From Opitutales bacterium (GTDB lineage Bacteria > Verrucomicrobiota > Verrucomicrobiia > Opitutales > UBA2987), in assembly GCA_965226885.1 (NCBI GenBank), contig CBDDEL010000017.1, positions 448,001 through 512,000 on the forward strand: 64,000 nt of DNA, written 5' to 3'. Positions 54,092 through 64,000 of the stretch are shown here, piece after piece (the stretch's first letter is position 1; the number at the start of each line of letters is the position of its first letter). The translations under genes were made by a program, and so were the position numbers. Under the pieces are notes generated by a model. It was not told the origin of the DNA. It made no database searches and saw only the letters and a list, made by a program, of their open reading frames with translations.

Positions 54092-55670
54092 CCCGGATAT
54101 TTCATGAAGGGTAAAGTTTGGCTCGTGTTTGGCTCGTTATTGCTATTGGAGATGGATTTCTTTGTATTTTGAGCAGATCGTCTTGATTTTTAGGTGTTTT
54201 TCAGGGTGTAGAGACACTGCCCCCTTTCCCCCATTGGTTCGGTAGTGCCGGGGGCAGCACCAATGCACCCTTTAGGTTGGCACCAATCGGCGGGCCGCAT
54301 GGTTGAAAAGACTGGCCCAAGGATAACTCTCACTTAGGTGAAAGTGAATCGTTCGGGTGTTGCGCACGATGACCGCTCCGATCTTGATTAATTTGAGCCG
54401 CAGGGTGTGGCATTGGGCCCGCGGCCACTTCGTCCCTTTTAAGGCTAACCGGCGCATGGCTTCCATCAAGGTGTAGGCCAGCGCCGACAAGAGCAATCGC
54501 CACTGATTGGCCCACCATTGATGGGCGCTGGTGCGCTCGCTGAACAATTGCATCTGTTCCTTGATTCGGTTCTCCATTTCACCGCGGCCACAGTATACCT
54601 TGTCGTAAAGCTCCTGGGGATCGCCCGGCAGGTTCGTCACCACGAAGCGCGGGTTGGACCCCTGTGCGGTGTGTTCGGCTTTATGGATGACCAACCGCAG
54701 CCATCGCCACGAATCGGCAGCATAGACGAAGTCCTGGAATAACCGTTGTTTTTTACCCCTTAGTTCGAACCATTCTTTGGCCTGCTTTTGCAACTGCTGG
54801 GCGTCTTGCTGCAAGCGTGCATTGCGAGCCATCCCCACGATGTAACTAACTTCGTTGCGGTCGCACCAAGAGAGTATCCGGTCTCGACAAAATCCACTGT
54901 CGGCGCGCCAAATAATCCGCGTACGGGGCCAGCTTTGGCGAATCCGTTTAACCAGCAATTTGAGGATGGCCCCGGCATGCTTGCTGGCATCGATCTTGCT
55001 CGGCCGCAGGTAGGCCACCAGCAGCTGATCACCGCAAAAAACATATAGCGGCAGAAAACAGTAATGATCATAATAACCGTGGAAAAAACGTCCCTCCTGG
55101 AGCCCGTGCACCGGATTGTCGGTGGCGTCAAAGTCCAGGATGATCTCTTCGGGTTCCTCGGCAAAGGAGCCCATGAACTGTTCGACCAACAGCTCGTTTA
55201 CCGCAAAGGCCGCCCGCCGATCCTGCCCGTTTTCAAAACGACACAAAGTCGGCGCGCTGGCCAACGTTTCAATGCGCCCCGTTACCGTTTGCTAACAATG
55301 GATCGTGGCGCAGGGTATCAAAGTCGTTCAAATCCTCATAGCCCGCCACCAGCCCGTAAACGCGCTGCCGCAGCATCCCCAATACCTCATGGCGTACTTT
55401 GCCCTTCTGCCGTTTGTCCACTAACTGTCGGGCCGCTCGTTCGGTCAAGCCCAACTGCCGATCCACTTCCCGGATCAAAAGCAGTCCGGCATCCGAAGTA
55501 ACCTCTCCGCCCTTGAAATCAACCCGCACACGGCGGCCTTTTACCCTTGTCAACTGTAGCTTTAATTGTTTACCTTTTGTCATCGCTGATATTGCTTTAA
55601 TTATTGATCTATCCTGCTGTATATCAGCAGTTAAGCATATCAACGATACTTTTTTTACGAAATATCCGGG
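54092..55670 (-). mobile_element. IS1380 copy with frameshifted transposase and an 11-bp duplication
   Basis: 1579 bp; both IRs present. Confidence 0.92.
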
Positions 55671-55874
55671 TTAAGCCATTGAAGTTTTTCATTGAATGTT
55701 TTGGGATTCTCTAAAATTAAATTCTTACCTAAAGCTAATCTATAAGATTGCTGTAAGAGTATTTTATCTGGAATTTAGGTGAAACCGATAAAAATCATAT
55801 AGCCATTTTGCAGGAAATATTAATATATGGCCAATGGTTGTACCGTGATACAAGTGTTTAAAAAACTCTCTCAT
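55671..55874 (-). pseudogene. N-terminal remnant of a TupA-like ATP-grasp protein
   Basis: MREFFKHL...RFHL, one frameshift, then IPDKILLQQSYRLALGKNLILENPKTFNEKLQWL; cut by IS1380 at TTAA. Confidence 0.72.
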
Positions 55875-56764
55875 TTATTGCTCTGTGAAAACACCCAATA
55901 TCAGTTTTAAGAATTTGGGTGGTAATTTTTGATAGAATATTATTTTTCAGTAGATATGAGATAACTTGGGTTAAAATAGGAGTAGTTGCTCCTGTTATTA
56001 TAGTTGAATATTTTGTGTAAATTTATCATTAAGAGCCGTGCGTCTGTAAGTCGTTATCTCATTCGATTGGCTATGTATTTCTGGTAGTGTTAACATTTTG
56101 AATGTTTAAGCTGTACTTTTTAGCGTGATTATGTTGTGAACTGGGAATGGTCCATATCACAGTAAAATGTCCTCAATGCGGAAGCGATCACATCATCAAG
56201 CACGGCAAGGATCCGAAAGGGGTTCAGAAGTATCGATGCAAGGGGTGTGGTTATCAGTTTCGGCTTCACCCCAAAAGTCGTGAGCATCCTCCGGCGCTGG
56301 TCAAGCAGGTGCTCCGTGCGCACCAAAACCGGATGAGCCTGCGTGCCATTTACCGTACCTTCGGGGTAGCCCAAAGACGGTCATCGAATGGATTAAAAAA
56401 AAGTCCTGAGTTTGCCGAAGCTGGAGTCCACTCTGCTTGCCCGCCAGTGTAGTGATGTGCTGGAACTGGACGAGGTGTGGTCATTCTGGGGCGATAAGCG
56501 TTCGGGGCAGGTATGGCTATGGGTAGCCTTGTGTCGACGTACCCGACAGGTCGTCGGGTTTCTCTGGGTGATCGTAGCGATCAAACGTGCTGGCAGTTGT
56601 ATCACAACATCGCCCAGCCCTATCGCGACTGTGCCACCGTAAGCGATTACTGGGAAAGCTACGACAAGGTTTTCCCTCACAACAGCGCCAGCGGGAAACA
56701 ATCCGGCCAAACCGCCCATATCGAACGCTGGAACAATACCTTGCGACAGTCCCTGTCACGCTAG

Positions 56765-58332
56765 CCCGGATATTTCGTAAAAAAAGTATCGTTGATATGC
56801 TTAACTACTGATATACAGCAGGATAGATCAATAATTAAAGCAATATCAGCGATGACAAAAGGTAAACAATTAAAGCTACAGTTGACAAGGGTAAAAGGCC
56901 GCCGTGTGCGGGTTGATTTCAAGGGCGGAGAGGTTACTTCGGATGCCGGACTGCTTTTGATCCGGGAAGTGGATCGGCAGTTGGGCTTGACCGAACGAGC
57001 GGCCCGACAGTTAGTGGACAAACGGCAGAAGGGCAAAGTACGCCATGAGGTCTTGGGGATGCTGCGGCAGCGCGTTTACGGGCTGGTGGCGGGCTATGAG
57101 GATTTGAACGACTTTGATACCCTGCGCCACGATCCATTGTTAGCAAACGGTAACGGGGCGCATTGAAACGTTGGCCAGCGCGCCGACTGTGTGTCGTTTT
57201 GAAAACGGGCAGGATCGGCGGGCGGCCTTTGCGGTAAACGAGCTGTTGGTCGAACAGTTCATGGGCTCCTTTGCCGAGGAACCCGAAGAGATCATCCTGG
57301 ACTTTGACGCCACCGACAATCCGGTGCACGGGCTCCAGGAGGGACGTTTTTTCCACGGTTATTATGATCATTACTGTTTTCTGCCGCTATATGTTTTTTG
57401 CGGTGATCAGCTGCTGGTGGCCTACCTGCGGCCGAGCAAGATCGATGCCAGCAAGCATGCCGGGGCCATCCTCAAATTGCTGGTTAAACGGATTCGCCAA
57501 AGCTGGCCCCGTACGCGGATTATTTGGCGCGCCGACAGTGGATTTTGTCGAGACCGGATACTCTCTTGGTGCGACCGCAACGAAGTTAGTTACATCGTGG
57601 GGATGGCTCGCAATGCACGCTTGCAGCAAGACGCCCAGCAGTTGCAAAAGCAGGCCAAAGAATGGTTCGAACTAAGGGGTAAAAAACAACGGTTATTCCA
57701 GGACTTCGTCTATGCTGCCGATTCGTGGCGATGGCTGCGGTTGGTCATCCATAAAGCCGAACACACCGCACAGGGGTCCAACCCGCGCTTCGTGGTGACG
57801 AACCTGCCGGGCGATCCCCAGGAGCTTTACGACAAGGTATACTGTGGCCGCGGTGAAATGGAGAACCGAATCAAGGAACAGATGCAATTGTTCAGCGAGC
57901 GCACCAGCGCCCATCAATGGTGGGCCAATCAGTGGCGATTGCTCTTGTCGGCGCTGGCCTACACCTTGATGGAAGCCATGCGCCGGTTAGCCTTAAAAGG
58001 GACGAAGTGGGCGCGGGCCCAATGCCACACCCTGCGGCTCAAATTAATCAAGATCGGAGCGGTCATCGTGCGCAACACCCGAACGATTCACTTTCACCTA
58101 AGTGAGAGTTATCCTTGGGCCAGTCTTTTCAACCATGCGGCCCGCCGATTGGTGCCAACCTAAAGGGTGCATTGGTGCTGCCCCCGGCACTACCGAACCA
58201 ATGGGGGAAAGGGGGCAGTGTCTCTACACCCTGAAAAACACCTAAAAATCAAGACGATCTGCTCAAAATACAAAGAAATCCATCTCCAATAGCAATAACG
58301 AGCCAAACTTTACCCTTCATGAAATATCCGGG
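56765..58332 (+). mobile_element. IS1380 copy, frameshifted, mismatched flanks CTAG / CTAT
   Basis: IRs intact; 1568 bp. Confidence 0.93.
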
Positions 58333-58369
58333 CTATGTGCGTAAAACGCTGTCATTCTCGAAGTCTTTG

Positions 58370-61265
58370 TGATGTGCACTGGAAAAAGTGGACACGAGAT
58401 TCTCCTAAATGGAGAATCGAAGCATGGGAAGAAGACGCAGTATAGAGTTCAAAAATGAGGCAGTTCAACTGATGATACTCGATGGTCTGAGCGCCACCGA
58501 GGTATCGACCAAACTTGGGGTCAACACCAACCAATTGTATAGGTGGAAGAGGCTCTATCTGGACGATCAGCAGGGCGAAGCCACCTCAAAGCGACAGAGC
58601 AGTCCGAAGGAGATGGCGGCCGAGATAGATCGTCTTCGCAAAGAGCTGCGCCGCTCGGAGCGGATCAACCAGATACTAAAAAAAACGGTGGGCTACTTTG
58701 CCAAGGACGAACAATGAAGTACCAGTTTGTCAAAGACAACGAGGGGCGCTTCAAGATCGAGGAAATATGCTCGGCGATGGGGATTTGTCGCAGTGGCTAT
58801 TACTGCTGGAGGCACCGAGCGCCCTCGGCCCGGCGGATCGAGGACGAGGGAATCAAGGGGGCGATCCTGAAGGTACACAAAGAGGCCAAGGGCCGCTATG
58901 GGCATCGGCCAATGCACCGCCATCTGAAGGATGATGAGGGCATCGATTGCGGCCGTGACCGGGCTCTGCGTCTGATGCGTGAAATGGGAATCAAAAGCAC
59001 CCAGAGTAAACGCTTTAAGCCATTAAAAACCAACAGTAACCATCCCTATGGTTACAGCCCCAATGTGCTTAAAAAGCATGGCCAGCCGACCCATATCGAC
59101 GAGGTCTGGGTGGCGGACACGACCTACCTACGGACCCTGGCCGGTTGGATGTACTTGGCCACGGTGATGGACCTGTTCAGCCGACGCCTGCTGGGCTGGA
59201 GCGTTTCCAACCACAACGACGCGAAGCTGGTTGGCAAGGCCCTCAAAGCCGCGGCCATGACCCGCGGCACACTGCGCACCGGGATTATTCATCACAGCGA
59301 TCGGGGCAGCCCCTACGCCAGCGACGACTATCAGAGGCTGGTCTCTGAACTAGCCCGGATATTTCATGAAGGGTAAAGTTTGGCTCGTTATTGCTATTGG
59401 AGATGGATTTCTTTGTATTTTGAGCAGATCGTCTTGATTTTTAGGTGTTTTTCAGGGTGTAGAGACACTGCCCCCTTTCCCCCATTGGTTCGGTAGTGCC
59501 GGGGGCAGCACCAATGCACCCTTTAGGTTGGCACCAATCGGCGGGCCGCATGGTTGAAAAGACTGGCCCAAGGATAACTCTCACTTAGGTGAAAGTGAAT
59601 CGTTCGGGTGTTGCGCACGATGACCGCTCCGATCTTGATTAATTTGAGCCGCAGGGTGTGGCATTGGGCCCGCGCCCACTTCGTCCCTTTTAAGGCTAAC
59701 CGGCGCATGGCTTCCATCAAGGTGTAGGCCAGCGCCGACAAGAGCAATCGCCACTGATTGGCCCACCATTGATGGGCGCTGGTGCGCTCGCTGAACAATT
59801 GCATCTGTTCCTTGATGCGGTTCTCCATTTCACCGCGGCCACAGTATACCTTGTCGTAAAGCTCCTGGGGATCGCCCGGCAGGTTCGTCACCACGAAGCG
59901 CGGGTTGGACCCCTGTGCGGTGTGTTCGGCTTTATGGATGACCAACCGCAGCCATCGCCACGAATCGGCAGCATAGACGAAGTCCTGGAATAACCGTTGT
60001 TTTTTACCCCTTAGTTCGAACCATTCTTTGGCCTGCTTTTGCAACTGCTGGGCGTCTTGCTGCAAGCGTGCATTGCGAGCCATCCCCACGATGTAACTAA
60101 CTTCGTTGCGGTCGCACCAAGAGAGTATCCGGTCTCGACAAAATCCACTGTCGGCGCGCCAAATAATCCGCGTACGGGGCCAGCTTTGGCGAATCCGTTT
60201 AACCAGCAATTTGAGGATGGCCCCGGCATGCTTGCTGGCATCGATCTTGCTCGGCCGCAGGTAGGCCACCAGCAGCTGATCACCGCAAAAAACATATAGC
60301 GGCAGAAAACAGTAATGATCATAATAACCGTGGAAAAAACGTCCCTCCTGGAGCCCGTGCACCGGATTGTCGGTGGCGTCAAAGTCCAGGATGATCTCTT
60401 CGGGTTCCTCGGCAAAGGAGCCCATGAACTGTTCGACCAACAGCTCGTTTACCGCAAAGGCCGCCCGCCGATCCTGCCCGTTTTCAAAACGACACACAGT
60501 CGGCGCGCTGGCCAACGTTTCAATGCGCCCCGTTACCGTTTGCAACAATGGATCGTGGCGCAGGGTATCAAAGTCGTTCAAATCCTCATAGCCCGCCACC
60601 AGCCCGTAAACGCGCTGCCGCAGCATCCCCAATACCTCATGGCGTACTTTGCCCTTCTGCCGTTTGTCCACTAACTGTCGGGCCGCTCGTTCGGTCAAGC
60701 CCAACTGCCGATCCACTTCCCGGATCAAAAGCAGTCCGGCATCCGAAGTAACCTCTCCGCCCTTGAAATCAACCCGCACACGGCGGCCTTTTACCCTTGT
60801 CAACTGTAGCTTTAATTGTTTACCTTTTGTCATCGCTGATATTGCTTTAATTATTGATCTATCCTGCTGTATATCAGCAGTTAAGCATATCAACGATACT
60901 TTTTTTACGAAATATCCGGGCTAGGCATGAAGCCGAGCATGAGCGCCCAAGGCAACTGCTACGACAACGCGGCCATGGAATCGTTCTACGGCCGCTTCAA
61001 GACCAGCACGATTCGAGGCCGCCACTTTGCCGACGAGCGCGAACTGCGATCAACTGTCTTCGAATACGTGGAAATCTTCTACAACCGATATCGCAAACAT
61101 TCCTCTCTGAGTTACCAAAGCCCAGTCCAATTCGAGGAAAATATTTGCCCCCCATGGGGGGCAACGAGAAAACAAAACCCTTTACCAAAACAAGCCGCCT
61201 GACACACTAATCAATAAACAATGAATATAAGAGAATCCCGTGTCCAACAAATCCAGTACACGTCA
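58370..61265 (+). mobile_element. IS3 copy 5 (3-bp deletion lineage), TSD TTTG, split by IS1380
   Basis: orfB broken at VSEL|GMKP. Confidence 0.93.
59354..60920 (-). mobile_element. IS1380 copy with intact 456-aa transposase, TSD CTAG
   Basis: IRs intact; 1567 bp. Confidence 0.94.
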
Positions 61266-61348
61266 TTTGGTCATGCATTTTCGCGTCCTGTGCTTGTTCA
61301 TCTGGGAATACAACAGCAATATCAAACATTCGTCATGTTAACACTACC

Positions 61349-62663
61349 CGAGATTATTAAAGTATAATCATTATATTTGGGGCAAGGAGTGGCAGTATAA
61401 AAATATTAAACCCAGAATTATCGTCGTAAAACATTTAAAAGATGGGTAGTGTATAAAAAAAGAATGTTATTTTGTATTTTTAGCTGTACAAATAGCGTTA
61501 GGCAGTTTATTCTTAGTGCATGGTTACTAAAATTATTAATTGTCGGCACTGTGGAAGTGAAAATATCATTAAATTTGGCAAGACGCCCAACCATAAACAG
61601 CGCTACCGCTGCCATGATTGTGGTAAACAAAGCCGCGAAAACCCCACAGTGAAATACACCGAAGAGCAAAAAGAAATGATCCTTCGAGTCTATCAGGAAC
61701 GCAGCAGTCTACGCGGTTTACAGCGCGCCTTCGGGGTGAGTCCCAACACCGTTTTGAGTTGGTTAAAAAAAACGACAATCGCTGCGACCGCTCAAAAGCA
61801 CGATTCTTGCGGCCCGCCGCCATGATGTCATTGAACTGGACGAACTGTGGTCTTTTGTGGGGCGCAAGAGCGATGCCCAATGGGTTTGGATCGCTCTTTG
61901 CCGACGCACCCGTCAAATCCTCTCCTATGCCATTGGGCCTCGGGATTGGTATCGTTGCCGGGAACTTTACGAGCGTCTGCCACGGGCCGACAAAAGATGT
62001 GCCACCTACAGCGACTTTTGGAGCACTTATGATGAAGTCTTTCCTCATAACCGATCCGTGGGAAAAGAAACCGGTGAAACGGCCCATGTGGAACGATGGA
62101 ACAATACCCTGCGCCAACGACTGGGTCGTTTCACACGCAAAACCCTCTCCTTTTCCAAGCTTAAGAGTATGCATGAAACCTGTCTGAGACTTTTCATTCA
62201 TCAATATAATCAAGAATTAGCCACCATTCCTACTTAATACACTACCCAAAAGATGTGCCACCTACAGCGACTTTTGGAGCACTTATGATGAAGTCTTTCC
62301 TCATAACCGATCCGTGGGAAAAGAAACCGGTGAAACGGCCCATGTGGAACGATGGAACAATACCCTGCGCCAACGACTGGGTCGTTTCACACGCAGAACC
62401 CTCTCCTTTTCCAAGCTTAAGAGTATGCATGAAACCTGTCTGAGACTTTTCATTCATCAATATAATCAAGAATTAGCCACCATTCCTACTTAATACACTA
62501 CCAAAAGATGAAAGCGGAAATGATTTTTTGACTGATTATAAATTTCACTGCTTTAATGGAAAACCATTATATTTTCATACAATGTATGATAGGCTTACGC
62601 AATTAAAAGAAAATTGGTTTGATATAAATGGGAATCCTTTAGATGTATATTATGATTCACCAA
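61349..62663 (+). pseudogene. Central remnant of a TupA-like ATP-grasp protein, split by IS1 and IS3
   Basis: Joined segments read WGKEWQYKNIKPRIIVVKHLKDESGNDFLTDYKFHCFNGKP...; AT-rich. Confidence 0.78.
61445..62502 (+). mobile_element. IS1 type A full copy (61445-62246) plus tandem 3' fragment (62247-62502), outer TSD AAAAGATG
   Basis: Two consecutive right ends; the TSD brackets the whole unit. Confidence 0.9.
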
Positions 62664-63991
62664 TGATGTGCACTGGAAAAAGTGGACACGAGATTCTCCT
62701 AAATGGAGAATCGAAGCATGGGAAGAAGACGCTTTAGTATAGAGTTCAAAAATGAGGCAGTTCAACTGATGATACTCGATGGTCTGAGCGCCACCGAGGT
62801 ATCGACCAAACTTGGGGTCAACACCAACCAATTGTATAGGTGGAAGAGGCTCTATCTGGACGATCAGCAGGGCGAAGCCACCTCAAAGCGACAGAGCAGT
62901 CCGAAGGAGATGGCGGCCGAGATAGATCGTCTTCGCAAAGAGCTGCGCCGCTCGGAGCGGATCAACCAGATACTAAAAAAAACGGTGGGCTACTTTGCCA
63001 AGGACGAACAATGAAGTACCAGTTTGTCAAAGACAACGAGGGGCGCTTCAAGATCGAGGAAATATGCTCGGCGATGGGGATTTGTCGCAGTGGCTATTAC
63101 TGCTGGAGGCACCGAGCGCCCTCGGCCCGGCGGATCGAGGACGAGGGAATCAAGGGGGCGATCCTGAAGGTACACAAAGAGGCCAAGGGCCGCTATGGGC
63201 ATCGGCCAATGCACCGCCATCTGAAGGATGATGAGGGCATCGATTGCGGCCGTGACCGGGCTCTGCGTCTGATGCGTGAAATGGGAATCAAAAGCACCCA
63301 GAGTAAACGCTTTAAGCCATTAAAAACCAACAGTAACCATCCCTATGGTTACAGCCCCAATGTGCTTAAAAAGCATGGCCAGCCGACCCATATCGACGAG
63401 GTCTGGGTGGCGGACACGACCTACCTACGGACCCTGGCCGGTTGGATGTACTTGGCCACGGTGATGGACCTGTTCAGCCGACGCCTGCTGGGCTGGAGCG
63501 TTTCCAACCACAACGACGCGAAGCTGGTTGGCAAGGCCCTCAAAGCCGCGGCCATGACCCGCGGCACACTGCGCACCGGGATTATTCATCACAGCGATCG
63601 GGGCAGCCCCTACGCCAGCGACGACTATCAGAGGCTGGTCTCTGAACTAGGCATGAAGCCGAGCATGAGCGCCCAAGGCAACTGCTACGACAGCGCGGCC
63701 ATGGAATCGTTCTACGGCCGCTTCAAGACCAGCACGATTCGAGGCCGCCACTTTGCCGACGAGCGCGAACTGCGATCAACTGTCTTCGAATACGTGGAAA
63801 TCTTCTACAACCGATATCGCAAACATTCCTCTCTGAGTTACCAAAGCCCAGTCCAATTCGAGGAAAATATTTGCCCCCCATGGGGGGCAACGAGAAAACA
63901 AAACCCTTTACCAAAACAAGTCGCCTGACACACTAATCAATAAACAATGAATATAAGAGAATCCCGTGTCCAACAAATCCAGTACACGTCA
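62664..63991 (+). mobile_element. IS3 copy 6, TSD CCAA
   Basis: 1328 bp; both ends present. Confidence 0.95.
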
Positions 63992-64000
63992 CCAATAAAA

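Larger units (their letters stand above)
56083..61348 (+). mobile_element. IS1 type B (frameshifted) hosting nested IS1380 and IS3::IS1380
   Basis: Segments 56083-56764, 58333-58369 and 61266-61348; IRR ...ATGTTAACACTACC; no TSD. Confidence 0.88.

Noticed and set aside
53382..54450. Periodic ~355-bp repeats as a CRISPR or ncRNA array
   Set aside because: Units are IS1380 right-end sequence with no unique spacers, and there are no cas genes.
53378..55674. TTAA on both sides as the TSD of the IS1380 array
   Set aside because: The left flank is IS630 and the right flank is the TupA-like gene, so they are not one target; the left IR is also degenerate.

Overview
Bacterial chromosomal window, probably Verrucomicrobiota/Opitutales-like (inferred from a DUF5069-type gene and the catabolic gene repertoire), undergoing heavy IS expansion and gene decay. 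1-31 kb is a catabolic region: phytoene-desaturase-like oxidoreductase, GH51 arabinofuranosidase, class III and DegT-type aminotransferases, three Fe(II)/2OG-type dioxygenases, an enolase-superfamily dehydratase, a GntR/LacI regulator, an IS-broken TonB-dependent receptor, an Fe-ADH/DapA-like/four-carbon acid-sugar kinase/pdxA cluster, two sulfatases, an ABC family-5 binding protein, pyrE and an MFS, plus three deletion remnants. 31-45 kb holds tonB, an IS21, an ECF sigma/anti-sigma/DUF4097 locus with an ECF-type promoter and an unannotated 48-aa membrane peptide, a cNMP-binding protein and valS. 45.4-64 kb is an almost pure, nested IS cluster (two IS1 types, IS3, IS1380, IS630) that has fragmented a DUF5069 gene and a TupA-like ATP-grasp gene, the latter into pieces on opposite strands. 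Most notable: a mismatched IS1380 target duplication suggesting piggyBac-like overhang carry-over, an IS1 needing +1 recoding with one pre-fused copy, IS self-insertion arrays, an anti-sigma gene separated from its RBS, and a shared palindromic operator. No rRNA, tRNA or CRISPR was seen. All product calls come from motif recognition by eye, not database searches.
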